Assembly (NCBI GenBank): GCA_017530965.1
Contig: JAFXLS010000156.1
Coordinates: forward strand, 4,410 to 68,409
Direction of reading: 5' to 3'
DNA: 64,000 nucleotides
DNA from: Fibrobacter sp.
Lineage (GTDB): Bacteria > Fibrobacterota > Fibrobacteria > Fibrobacterales > Fibrobacteraceae
Made by a program: the position numbers and the translations under genes. The notes below the pieces were generated by a model that was given only the letters and a program-made list of their open reading frames with translations, had not been told where the DNA came from and ran no database searches. Each line of letters opens with the position of its first letter. The stretch's first letter is position 1. Of this stretch, positions 52,134 to 61,665 are shown one piece after another.

Positions 52134-53054
52134 TTAATCCTGTTTTGCCCTATACCTTACCGGAATCCATATTGAAAGATTTCCTTCAAGCCCCAGAGAC
52201 TGGCAAAAATATCTAACATCGTATATTGCGTACATTTCGACGTAAATCTCCGGCCAATTCGTCCCCACCAATATGGAATCCAATCCTGCTTTAAAGCGGC
52301 ATTCCGGTTTATTGAGATTAGTCCAATTAAAACCTTCCCACAGAATTTCATCTTCATAAAGCCTATCCGTTAAATGCTGATCATAACCATCATATTGATA
52401 TTCGGCAACGAAATCATCCTTAGGCATTCTATACTCATCAAGTCTTAAAATTTTGTCGGAGCGATCCAGTCTGAAAGAACGAGTTTCATGCAAATATTGA
52501 ATCGAATTATTCTCCACTACAGACGTAACAGAATCTCTGATGATTTCCCATTCCTTTGCATTGTTTAGTTCAACCGATTCAGGCTCAGCAGATTCAATCG
52601 GTTCGATTTTTTCTTCAGAGTTTGAAGGTTCAGCCTGTTCAGTTTTTTCTTCTGAGGGTTCTGTGGTTTCAGCCGGATCTGTCTTTTCTTCAGGTTCAGC
52701 TTTGTTCGGTTCAGTAGGTTCTTCAGGTGCGGTGACATCGCCAGATTCAACCGGTTCTTCGGCTTCAGAAGTTTCAGGCTTTTCGGAATCAGCGGGTTTT
52801 TCTGATTTCACAGCGTCTGCAGAATTCGAGGCATCTTCGGTGTCCGAAGGCTCTTCCGCCTTTTCGCTTTTCTCGGAGCTAGAAGCAGCTTCTTCAGAGC
52901 TGGGGTTCACGACTTCGGAAGTTTCGTTCGCATCGAGAGCATCCAAGCTGTCACCGTCAACAGAGCAGCCCGTTACCACCAAAGCCGTGCAGAGGTACAT
53001 TGCCGAAACAGACAACAGGCCTGCACCCAGAACTTCATACCATTTATTTTTCAT
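52134..53054 (-). CDS. Lipoprotein with Glu/Pro/Ser-rich stalk
   Basis: ALVVTGCS lipobox shared with the downstream gene; long EP-rich low-complexity linker. Confidence 0.8.
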   Translation of the reverse strand: MKNKWYEVLGAGLLSVSAMYLCTALVVTGCSVDGDSLDALDANETSEVVNPSSEEAASSSEKSEKAEEPSDTEDASNSADAVKSEKPADSEKPETSEAEEPVESGDVTAPEEPTEPNKAEPEEKTDPAETTEPSEEKTEQAEPSNSEEKIEPIESAEPESVELNNAKEWEIIRDSVTSVVENNSIQYLHETRSFRLDRSDKILRLDEYRMPKDDFVAEYQYDGYDQHLTDRLYEDEILWEGFNWTNLNKPECRFKAGLDSILVGTNWPEIYVEMYAIYDVRYFCQSLGLEGNLSIWIPVRYRAKQD

Positions 53055-53099
53055 TTTTCCCTTCTTTGTTGGAGTGTTTTTGAATCCCTCACATCAAAA

Positions 53100-53225
53100 A
53101 ATATAGGTACATTTCAAGCATTTAGAACACAAAATTAGCCATTTTCTTTAAATTTTACAAGTTTTAAAGATTTTATAAAATTTTAAGCAATTTAGAATAC
53201 AAAACACGTATCCCAAGAATACAAA
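53100..53225 (-). promoter_or_regulatory. Promoter region A: TATATT plus three direct-repeat boxes
   Basis: Plus-strand GAACACAAA 53125, GAATACAAA 53195, GAATACAAA 53217 (spacing 70 and 22). Confidence 0.7.
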
Positions 53226-53240
53226 GAAGAACGCTCACCC

Positions 53241-53279
53241 AAAAAAAGAAAAGGCCTCGCAAAATTGCGAGACCTTTCT
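53241..53279 (-). terminator. Intrinsic terminator
   Basis: AAAGGCCTCGC/GCGAGACCTTT stem with flanking A-tract. Confidence 0.75.
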
Positions 53280-53302
53280 GCTTTTGTTAGGGTAGAAGTC
53301 CT

Positions 53303-54931
53303 TTACTTTGTCACATAAACAGCCGACAGCTCTACAACAAACCCATAACGGATTGTCCGTGATCCACTTGGACGCACCAACAATTGCGGCACGGAGAATA
53401 CGTAGACAAGATACGAAGCGTTCTTCAGATCCATGCGGTAAGAATACACAGGCGTCGTTTCGCCAATCTCGCTCAAATCTTCTTCATCGTACGGATAATC
53501 ATACAATTCGTTTCCTAAATCCACTATACTTTCATCGTATTCTCCACCAACTTCGAATCCAGAGCCACTACCTAGCCACTCCGACCTGAAACGATCCAAG
53601 CTATCCGTCGAGTACTGTTCAAACTCCGCCGCAAAAGTATATGTCCTCGGAACAGAGAATTCCGTTTCGTAAACATCGTGACGCGTTCTCCAAGTCACGA
53701 CTACGGAATCACCAGGGCAACGCGCACTTGCAATTTCATAGTCATTTCCAAGCAAGTAATTCAGTTCATGGGGGAATTCCGTGTTAGGACATCCCGAGGT
53801 ATCTTTTTTTGTAACAACGGAATCTTCCTTCGCAACCGAAGTATCCGGCTTTACGGAACTCGTATCGCGAACAACGGTGTCGCGAAGCGTTGTATCCTTC
53901 GGCACTACAGAGCTCGAAGATGCTGTATCGGCAACAGCCTCGCTGCTGCTAGAAGTTACAACACTGTCGCGTGCATTCTGCTTTTCGCTACTACTGGATT
54001 GCTTCGCTTCGCTCGCAATGACGTCGCTGGAAGACGACTCTTCGACAGAAGACGAAGATTCATCGCTAGAAGAAGATTCTTCTTCGATCGAATCGGCAGG
54101 TTCTACAGCGGGAACGTACTTTTCGAATGCGGGGATTTCGTCAGCGTAATCCAGGCCTTCGATATTCTTGCGGATAGAATCAAGTTTTCCGTTTGCCGAA
54201 GCTTCCGCAACCCATTCCGCAATCGCCTTTTTCGTTTCGGAGTCTTTCCATTCGCCGCTTTCGGCAAAGGAATCGTCAAAATTGTCGAGGCGCTTGGCAA
54301 GTGCGGTTTCATCGGCATCGCCCTGCATTATCACGCTTACGGCCAAGAGCGCCGCGTTACCGTCGCCCGACTCAAAGATATTCAGGTTTTCGAATTCATC
54401 GACTTCGTCCTTGATATCGAAGGCGGCAAGAACTTCACTTTCAGCCTGAGTCTTCGCCTTGGCGAGCGTCTTGTTCTTTTCTTTCACAAGGTACATCACG
54501 CGTTCGTATTCCAGGTTCGTGAGCAAGTTGACATTCACATTCTCGCGATTCTTGAGGTCGGTCAATGCGCGGAGCGTCAGTTCGCCCTTCGTCTTCTTGC
54601 CGGTAACTTCGTTCAGGTACTTACCCGTCACTTCGACCACTGCGCAAGAGGTATCCAATGCAACGCTGTCAAGAGCAAAGTCGCCCTTGTCACTCTTGAT
54701 TGCACCCTCGAAAACCTGGTCCGTGAATTCCAGCGTCTTACAGTCGATACCGCGTACCGTCACAGCGGAGCCCTTTACGAACGGACCCTTCTGGGCAACG
54801 CCCGCCACATCGGCCACAAAGCCGGCATCTTCCGAAACGCCGCCCGCGACATCCTTTTCGTCGTTGCTGGAACATGCGGCAAGCATCGCCAGCACGCCCA
54901 CGAACGAGCAAACAAACAAATTACTCTTCAT
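53303..54931 (-). CDS. Lipoprotein with QKGPF domain, Ser-rich linker and variable C-terminus
   Basis: LAAC lipobox, AQKGPFVKGS and PAFEKYV motifs; overlaps the upstream regulator's stop. Confidence 0.85.
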   Translation of the reverse strand: MKSNLFVCSFVGVLAMLAACSSNDEKDVAGGVSEDAGFVADVAGVAQKGPFVKGSAVTVRGIDCKTLEFTDQVFEGAIKSDKGDFALDSVALDTSCAVVEVTGKYLNEVTGKKTKGELTLRALTDLKNRENVNVNLLTNLEYERVMYLVKEKNKTLAKAKTQAESEVLAAFDIKDEVDEFENLNIFESGDGNAALLAVSVIMQGDADETALAKRLDNFDDSFAESGEWKDSETKKAIAEWVAEASANGKLDSIRKNIEGLDYADEIPAFEKYVPAVEPADSIEEESSSSDESSSSVEESSSSDVIASEAKQSSSSEKQNARDSVVTSSSSEAVADTASSSSVVPKDTTLRDTVVRDTSSVKPDTSVAKEDSVVTKKDTSGCPNTEFPHELNYLLGNDYEIASARCPGDSVVVTWRTRHDVYETEFSVPRTYTFAAEFEQYSTDSLDRFRSEWLGSGSGFEVGGEYDESIVDLGNELYDYPYDEEDLSEIGETTPVYSYRMDLKNASYLVYVFSVPQLLVRPSGSRTIRYGFVVELSAVYVTK

Positions 54932-55784
54932 GATCTCCATCCTTTTTTGGCGCAACCTTATCGTCTTTCTTTAAACATTCACTCATCGGAAACAGCTGCA
55001 AGTTCAAGCGATACACCTGTTCCGTATCGTCGTCTTCGGTAACGATAGCCATAATGCGGCGACGGCAATCAGCAAGTTCTTTTCGAATACGTTCGTAGGC
55101 ACGGCGCGTAATTCCCATGGTAAGGCCCGACATGTCGCGTTCCGAAAGCGGCAAGCTCAGCGCCTTGACCGCAAATTCAGCCATCTGGCGTTGCAAATCG
55201 CGCGCGGCCACCGGCACGGCATCGACAGAGCCCATCGAAATCGCCTTGTCCGTCTGCTGGTAATTCCCATCTTTGTCTTTTTTGAGGAGCTTGGCACGCA
55301 GCAAAAAGTCGAGCGTCTCGGAGACCTCGGCTGCGGTAATCGGCTGCTTGCAAGCCTTCGCCATTTCAAGCGGCTTTGCGCCAGGCATGTGCGGAGCAAG
55401 TTCGCGCAGCACCGGATTTTTCCACGACTTGAAATACTTGAACTCTTCGTCTCCCAGCACACGTACCTTGTGAGCATTTGCCAACGCGCAGCGTTCTTCG
55501 AACGCGGCTCTTTTCGCCTCGTCGCCCTTCGCATGCGCATATGAAACCATCAGCACAAAGTACGTGTGTTCGAACCCCACCAACCCCATAGCACTCGCTA
55601 CGGAACCTGCAGCCCCTACGCTCAGGTTTTTCTTCCCCTCACAGACATACTTCAGATAAACCGCCGACGAAAACCCTGCGTCTCGCGCAAAGTCTCGCCA
55701 AGTAAACGCAGAAGTGCGCTTACGTTCATCGTAGTAATCCTGGATGAACTTGCGGTAATCTGTGTATTCTACTATCTCCTTCAT
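54921..55784 (-). CDS. TIGR02147/DUF4423-like protein with N-terminal HTH
   Basis: MKEIVEYTDYR..FTWRDFARDAGFSS..YLKYVCEGKKNL, FKSW.NPVLREL and VYRLNLQLFP motifs. Confidence 0.85.
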   Translation of the reverse strand: MKEIVEYTDYRKFIQDYYDERKRTSAFTWRDFARDAGFSSAVYLKYVCEGKKNLSVGAAGSVASAMGLVGFEHTYFVLMVSYAHAKGDEAKRAAFEERCALANAHKVRVLGDEEFKYFKSWKNPVLRELAPHMPGAKPLEMAKACKQPITAAEVSETLDFLLRAKLLKKDKDGNYQQTDKAISMGSVDAVPVAARDLQRQMAEFAVKALSLPLSERDMSGLTMGITRRAYERIRKELADCRRRIMAIVTEDDDTEQVYRLNLQLFPMSECLKKDDKVAPKKDGDHEE

Positions 55785-55789
55785 GGTCA

Positions 55790-55916
55790 CAAATATAGAC
55801 TAATTTGTCACAAACGGGATACAAATTCGTTATTTTTATTCAAATTTTACTATTTATGCGAATTTTTTAAAATTTCAACGATTTTAAGAATACAATTCGT
55901 ATTCCTGGAATACAAA
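55790..55916 (-). promoter_or_regulatory. Promoter region B: TATATTTG plus three direct-repeat boxes
   Basis: GGATACAAA 55817, GAATACAAT 55888, GAATACAAA 55908 (spacing 71 and 20). Confidence 0.7.
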
Positions 55917-55946
55917 AAGACCCCGCTAAAAAGCGGGGTCTTTTTT
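55914..55946. terminator. Intrinsic terminator
   Basis: AAAAAGACCCCGCT/AGCGGGGTCTTTTT perfect stem. Confidence 0.85.
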
Positions 55947-55950
55947 ACTG

Positions 55951-58900
55951 CTACTTTTTTATGCAACGGACAGAGTTGCCTGCAATTTTGTGCTCGTTAA
56001 CTATAGTCGCTGAGCGACTCATATCCATATGTATGTTATATGCATATCTTCCATCGATACCACTAGATGTCCAGAAATAAGTTATCTCGCCCTCATCTAC
56101 ATACCCACCAAGGACATTCTTATAGCCAGCAGGTAACGCATTGAACGAATAACTATCCTTACCATCGCCCCCGTAGTCCCAACCGGTTGTTGATTTAAGC
56201 AACTCACCCGCATACCACTCCCCTCCAATAGGGGCCCTCAATGTTTGATAATCATCTGTACTCGGCAACCGCCAATCCGTCGGACATGCGCTCATCGCCG
56301 CAGACCACGAGTAAAGGCGACCATATTTATCACAATAGGTTGCAGTATCATTATAGCAGTAACTGCTATCCATTTCATAGTTCAGATTCTCAGCCATCCA
56401 CCACTGATTACCGATTTTCACAGTCTTGTAGGTTCGGCCATCGCGTTCATCTACAATTTTTCCGTACTCACATGAGTCCGTAGCATCGGTTTTGCAAACA
56501 GGCGGCGCGGTAACAGAATCAGCAGAACTCGACGACTTCGCTGTACTGCTAGAACTAGGCATAACAAAGACGCCATCCATCACGCAACGGACAGAGTAGG
56601 CATCATCTTTGTTACGCACATTTATTTCCACATCGTAATCTCCCTCAAAAAAACCGATATAAGCGAGGATCCAAGCATAATTATAATTCCAGCCATAAAA
56701 AGTTGAATCGCCAGGGCGCTCGTACACATACAAAAATCCCGCCATACCTCCAGGTTCATCGTAGAGAGGACCAAGAGACGGAGCCGTTGAGCCTAGTTCA
56801 ATACCACCTATTCTTTGACCGGCGGGCAATACCGAGAATCCAAAATCGTCCGTACCAATATTCTCCTTATCACCCATTCTCCAACTGACATGTCCCCAGC
56901 CGCTTTTCGACATAAGCTTATCAGCGACCTTAAAAGTACGGTGTGCATTCATATCCGGACGGAGCGGATTCTCATCCTTGACATCCGCCCCTGCTATAAT
57001 AAACAGAGCCTTCCATTCATCAGCATCAGGCAAATGCCAACCACTCGGACAAACTCCGCGCACAGTCCCTTCTAGCGAGCAATTTGTATAAAAGCCACAG
57101 CCCTTGCCCGCCGAGCCAAAAACTCCAATACTATCTACAGCAGCAGCAATCGTGTAAAGACGTCCATACGTTTCGCAATATTCCGTACTATCATTATAGC
57201 AGTAGCTGTTTGGCGTTTCATAATTCAAATTCTCCGCCATCCACACTTGGCTACCGATTTTAGTCGTTCTATAGGTTCTTCCGTCACGCAAGTCCTTGAG
57301 CGTATTTGCGGCCGCATCATACTTACTGCCGGGATCTTCTATTACGATACTGCTAGACAAGTTCTCGACCGGAGTCGAAGACGATGACTGAAGAGAACTA
57401 CTGGAACTGCGCACGAGAGAGGAATCATTCTTGATGCAACGGATACTATTGCCCATTTCAGCGGCAAAATCATAGATTCGTTCATTATCATAATTATACC
57501 CCAAATACACTTCTCGCCAATCAAAATCCGTTTTCTCTGCAATCCAAAAATATGCATAGCCTCCAGCCCAGAAGAAATCACCCTTAGAACTCCGGTACCC
57601 CGCCGGTATCGCAGAGAAACCGACCGAATCGATACCGTTTCCATCCGCTCGCCAGCCAATCGTTGACTTAAGCATCTTACCCGCCACGGACTTGCCTCCG
57701 ACCTCGGAAAACAAACGTTTCCAATCCGCAGTATCAGGCAAATGCCAACCACTCGGGCATATACCCTGCAACTTATCCGGCAACGCACACGTACTGGGAT
57801 CCTTTCCGTATCCACAATCCTGCGGGTTATCCTTGTCCGTCGCAAGTTTTACAGAGTCAATTGCGGCCGCCCAGGTATATAAACGACCCGCCACATTACA
57901 CTTCTCGGGATCATCTTCATAGCACCAACTCCGTTCCAAAAGGCTCGGCGTTGCAACGCTATCCGCATAGTTCAGGTTTTCGGCCATCCAAGTCTGTTCA
58001 CCGATTTTCACGGTTTTATACACCTGTCCATCGCGAGCATCAACCATTTCGCCATAACTGATATTCGTATTCAAGTAAGCTTCTTTCGGGACACTCCAAT
58101 CAAAACAATCTTTCTCGCAACTAGAAGAAGACCTTGCAGAACTGCTACTGGATTCTTCCCCACTATCGCTACTCAAGATAACGGTATCCCCGAAAGCTTC
58201 CACATACTTTTCGAATGCAGGCACTACGTCAGCATAGCCCCAACCCTCGACATTCTTGCGAATCGAATCGAGCGTTCCGTCGGCCGTAGCGGCAAATTGC
58301 CAACTTTCAATTGTAGACTTTGTTTCATCGTCCTTCCACTTGCCGGTTTCCACGAACGAGTCCGTGAACTTGTCTATGCGCGTCGCAAGCCCAGCATCAT
58401 CCGTTTCCGCCTGCATCATCACGCTCACCGCAAGGAGCGCCGCATTTCCGTCGCCACTTTCAAAGATTGTCAAGTCTTCGGAATTATCGAAATCACCCTG
58501 GATACCAAAGGTAGCGAGCACCTCTTTTTCCGCCAACTTCTTCGCATCCGCAAAATCCATCTTTTCTTCGGTGACGAGGTGCATCAAGCGTTCATATTCC
58601 AGCTCGGTAAGCACATTGATGTTTACCGTCTTGCGGTCTTTCAGATTAGTCAGCGCATGGAGCGTAATCTCTCCTGCCGATTTCTTGCCGGTAAGTTCAT
58701 CGCGGTACTGTCCCGTCACCTCGAATACCGCGCACGACGAAGACAGCGCAATATCTTTCATTGCAAAGTCGCCCATGTCACTCTTGACAACACCTTCGAA
58801 GTGTTCATCCGTCAACGTCATCGTCTTGCAATCAATCCCCTGCGCCGTCACGGCAGAACCCTTCACGAACGGTCCCTTCTGCGCATCACCCGTAATGATA

Positions 58901-59043
58901 TCCGCGACAATGCCCATATCTCCCGAGGCGCCGCCAGAAACATCCTTGTCACCGGAACTGGAACACGCGACCCAAAAAGCCATAGAAGTCAGCGTACAAG
59001 CCAACACTAGGCTTGTCCCTAAATTTCTATTCGTCCTCCTCAT
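55951..59043 (-). CDS. Lipoprotein with QKGPF domain and three Fib_succ_major (FISUMP) domains
   Basis: VAC lipobox; three copies of D.RDG..YKT.KIG.Q.WMAENLNY...GRLY...CP.GW.LP...S.RC separated by poly-Ser linkers. Confidence 0.9.
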   Translation of the reverse strand: MRRTNRNLGTSLVLACTLTSMAFWVACSSSGDKDVSGGASGDMGIVADIITGDAQKGPFVKGSAVTAQGIDCKTMTLTDEHFEGVVKSDMGDFAMKDIALSSSCAVFEVTGQYRDELTGKKSAGEITLHALTNLKDRKTVNINVLTELEYERLMHLVTEEKMDFADAKKLAEKEVLATFGIQGDFDNSEDLTIFESGDGNAALLAVSVMMQAETDDAGLATRIDKFTDSFVETGKWKDDETKSTIESWQFAATADGTLDSIRKNVEGWGYADVVPAFEKYVEAFGDTVILSSDSGEESSSSSARSSSSCEKDCFDWSVPKEAYLNTNISYGEMVDARDGQVYKTVKIGEQTWMAENLNYADSVATPSLLERSWCYEDDPEKCNVAGRLYTWAAAIDSVKLATDKDNPQDCGYGKDPSTCALPDKLQGICPSGWHLPDTADWKRLFSEVGGKSVAGKMLKSTIGWRADGNGIDSVGFSAIPAGYRSSKGDFFWAGGYAYFWIAEKTDFDWREVYLGYNYDNERIYDFAAEMGNSIRCIKNDSSLVRSSSSSLQSSSSTPVENLSSSIVIEDPGSKYDAAANTLKDLRDGRTYRTTKIGSQVWMAENLNYETPNSYCYNDSTEYCETYGRLYTIAAAVDSIGVFGSAGKGCGFYTNCSLEGTVRGVCPSGWHLPDADEWKALFIIAGADVKDENPLRPDMNAHRTFKVADKLMSKSGWGHVSWRMGDKENIGTDDFGFSVLPAGQRIGGIELGSTAPSLGPLYDEPGGMAGFLYVYERPGDSTFYGWNYNYAWILAYIGFFEGDYDVEINVRNKDDAYSVRCVMDGVFVMPSSSSTAKSSSSADSVTAPPVCKTDATDSCEYGKIVDERDGRTYKTVKIGNQWWMAENLNYEMDSSYCYNDTATYCDKYGRLYSWSAAMSACPTDWRLPSTDDYQTLRAPIGGEWYAGELLKSTTGWDYGGDGKDSYSFNALPAGYKNVLGGYVDEGEITYFWTSSGIDGRYAYNIHMDMSRSATIVNEHKIAGNSVRCIKK

Positions 59044-59897
59044 TTACGTTCTCCCTTTTTAATCTTCTTTTCTTTTTTAGATTCAAGCCGTTGACTCAGC
59101 GGGAACAGTTGCATGTTCATGCGGTAAACGCGTTCCGTTTCATCTTCTTCTGTCGCAATCGCTACGACACGCCGATAAAAGTCAGCCATTTCTTTTCGGA
59201 TACGTTCGTACGAGCGTTCCGTAAGTCCTAACACAAATCCGGACATGGTGCGTTCCGAAAGCGGCAAGTCAATCGCCTTGATAGCGAATTCCCCCATTTT
59301 GCGCTGCAATTCGCGCGCCGCCACAGGAACAGCATCCGTGTTAGCCATCGTAATCGTCTTGTCGGTCTGGTGGTAGTTTCCATCCTTGTCTTTTTTCAGG
59401 AACTTTTTCTTCACCAAAAAATTCAGGGTCTCGGTTACTTCGGCCGCCGAGATTTTCGGATTGCAGGCATGCGCTATTTCGAGCGGTTTTGCGCCTGGCA
59501 TATGCGGTGCGAGTTCACGCAACACCGGATTTTTCCACGACTTGAAATAATCAAATTCGTCGTTCCCGAGCACACGCATCTTGTGGGCATTCGCCAATGC
59601 GCACCGTTCCTCGAACGCCGCGACCTTTGTCTTGTCGTCCTTCGCATGGGCGTAAGACACCATCAACACAAAATAGGTCTGTTCAAAACCGACAAGGCCC
59701 ATGGCACTGGCTACAGAGCCTGCAGAGCCGACGCTTAAATTCTTTTTTCCTTCGCAAACATACTTCAAGAATACCGCCGACGAGAATCCGGCATCCTGGG
59801 CAAATTTCTGCCACGAAAAAACGGAACAGCGCTTGCGTTCTTCGTAGTAGTCCCGGATATACTTGCGGTAATCTGTGTATTCAACGATTTCCTTCAT
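59040..59897 (-). CDS. TIGR02147/DUF4423-like protein with N-terminal HTH
   Basis: Close paralog of 54921..55784; 4-nt ATGA overlap with the downstream lipoprotein. Confidence 0.85.
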   Translation of the reverse strand: MKEIVEYTDYRKYIRDYYEERKRCSVFSWQKFAQDAGFSSAVFLKYVCEGKKNLSVGSAGSVASAMGLVGFEQTYFVLMVSYAHAKDDKTKVAAFEERCALANAHKMRVLGNDEFDYFKSWKNPVLRELAPHMPGAKPLEIAHACNPKISAAEVTETLNFLVKKKFLKKDKDGNYHQTDKTITMANTDAVPVAARELQRKMGEFAIKAIDLPLSERTMSGFVLGLTERSYERIRKEMADFYRRVVAIATEEDETERVYRMNMQLFPLSQRLESKKEKKIKKGERK

Positions 59898-59902
59898 GAT
59901 TA

Positions 59903-60028
59903 CAAATATACCTTTTTCAACAAATTTAGGACATAAACATTGCGTTTTTAGCTAGATTTTACCACTTTTCGCAATTTTATTAAAATTTCAGCGTTTTAGA
60001 ACATGGCCAGCATATCCCTAGGACATGA
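59903..60028 (-). promoter_or_regulatory. Promoter region C: TATATTTG plus three direct-repeat boxes
   Basis: TAGGACAT 59927, TAGAACAT 59997, TAGGACAT 60019 (spacing 70 and 22). Confidence 0.72.
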
Positions 60029-60060
60029 AAAAGACCTCGCTAGCGTCCTAGCGAGGTCTC
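60028..60060 (-). terminator. Intrinsic terminator
   Basis: AGACCTCGCTAG/CTAGCGAGGTCT stem with a T-tract on the minus strand. Confidence 0.8.
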
Positions 60061-60119
60061 TCTCCTAACCGTCCCCTTGCTCGAATCCCTCGAGCCCAAA
60101 TGAGGGGACTAAAAACTTA

Positions 60120-61664
60120 TCAGTCTTTCACGCAACGAATCGGATAATATTCAGAAATATGAACTACCGAATCATCCTCGTTCCAGTTCCATATATTCCT
60201 GACGCGGAAACGGTAAGGCGATCCACCTTCGAGGAGAGAGAACGCATATTCAAAATCAACATAATAACCCACATGCTTTGTATCAAGCGACACCTTTGTC
60301 CCCGAGTCCACATACTGCAAGTATACCAGAAGTTCCCGGGTCTCATAGTCGTCCCTCAACACATCCCATAGGTAATTCCATTCTTCATAATAGGGAAGGT
60401 GCCAACCGTCAGGACAAACGCCTTGAATAAATTCATCGTAGAGCATTTTATTCCAAATTTCCGCATTTTCATCCTCGCTAACAAGATTCCTATCAATCGG
60501 CCACCCCAACGCCTGATAGCCGAAGTATTCCCTACCAACTCCGGGAACGTAACGGGCTTCTTTTTTGACACCACTTGGCGGCTCATATTCCAAAAGGCTC
60601 GCCATCCAAGTCGCAATCCGGCCACTCTCCATTTTGATATCCAGAGTTTTGTATACATGGCCATCTCGTTCATCGACCAAGGTGCCATATTTCCCAGTGG
60701 TATCCACAGGAGGATCCCCTTCGTCTCTCGGGCCCCTATAGTATTTCCAGATACCGTCGCGACAAATGACATGGCTATAGAGACTATCATTGAAGTGAGT
60801 CGTCCGCTTGACTTCGTTTTCATTACTACAATGTTCCCATGTCGAATCCCAAGGCGACGCAAACTTATCTAGATATTTTTGGAAATCGGGAATATCCGTC
60901 GCACCTAATTTCACAAGGTTCTCTTTCACTTTCTTATAGACACCATCGTGATTGGCCATGGAGACAAGCCCCTTGATTTGTTGAATCAATGTCGTATCAT
61001 CCCAAGAGCCGTCTTTTTCCAGATCCATTGCGATGCGAGCCATGCGACTTGTCACATCGCCCACATTGGCAGCAGTAAGCACCATCACAGAAATCGCAAG
61101 AAGTTTCGCATCACCTTCAGCACTGCCCAAGATATCAAGCTGATCAAAGGATTCGGCAAGTTCAGAAAAACCGAATGCAGCCATCACTTCGATTTCGGCC
61201 TGTCGTTTCGCACCGACAACAGATTGGCCTTGCTTGACCAAATATCGAATACGGTCAAACGACAGATGAGTCAGAACATTGATATTGACTTGGTCACGAT
61301 TTTGCAAATCGACAAGACTGTTCAGCGATATTTTCTGAGTCGAAGTATCGCCCGTCATTTCGTCGATATAGTAGCCGTTCGCCACAAGCCAAGCGTAACG
61401 ATTTTCCAAATTGATTTTTTCCAGGGTGTATTCACCACGATTGTTGTCTATTTCCGTGGAAAAATGCGTTCCCGTCTGAATCAGCCCCTCATCCATTCCA
61501 TAAAGGGTCACTTCGGTTCCCTTTACGAAAGGCCCCTTTTGCGACGTTCCGTAAATAGTTCTGCTTCCTTCTGACAATGCGGAACTTGAATCGTTCTGAC
61601 TGCATGCCGCAAGGAGCATTCCTAGAACAAACAAAACGCTAATTTGTTTATATCCCTTATACAT
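60120..61664 (-). CDS. Lipoprotein with QKGPF domain and divergent FISUMP domain
   Basis: LAAC lipobox, SQKGPFVKG, DERDGHVYKT, GVCPDGWHLP and IRCVKD motifs; GGAGG RBS. Confidence 0.85.
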   Translation of the reverse strand: MYKGYKQISVLFVLGMLLAACSQNDSSSALSEGSRTIYGTSQKGPFVKGTEVTLYGMDEGLIQTGTHFSTEIDNNRGEYTLEKINLENRYAWLVANGYYIDEMTGDTSTQKISLNSLVDLQNRDQVNINVLTHLSFDRIRYLVKQGQSVVGAKRQAEIEVMAAFGFSELAESFDQLDILGSAEGDAKLLAISVMVLTAANVGDVTSRMARIAMDLEKDGSWDDTTLIQQIKGLVSMANHDGVYKKVKENLVKLGATDIPDFQKYLDKFASPWDSTWEHCSNENEVKRTTHFNDSLYSHVICRDGIWKYYRGPRDEGDPPVDTTGKYGTLVDERDGHVYKTLDIKMESGRIATWMASLLEYEPPSGVKKEARYVPGVGREYFGYQALGWPIDRNLVSEDENAEIWNKMLYDEFIQGVCPDGWHLPYYEEWNYLWDVLRDDYETRELLVYLQYVDSGTKVSLDTKHVGYYVDFEYAFSLLEGGSPYRFRVRNIWNWNEDDSVVHISEYYPIRCVKD

Positions 61665-61665
61665 A

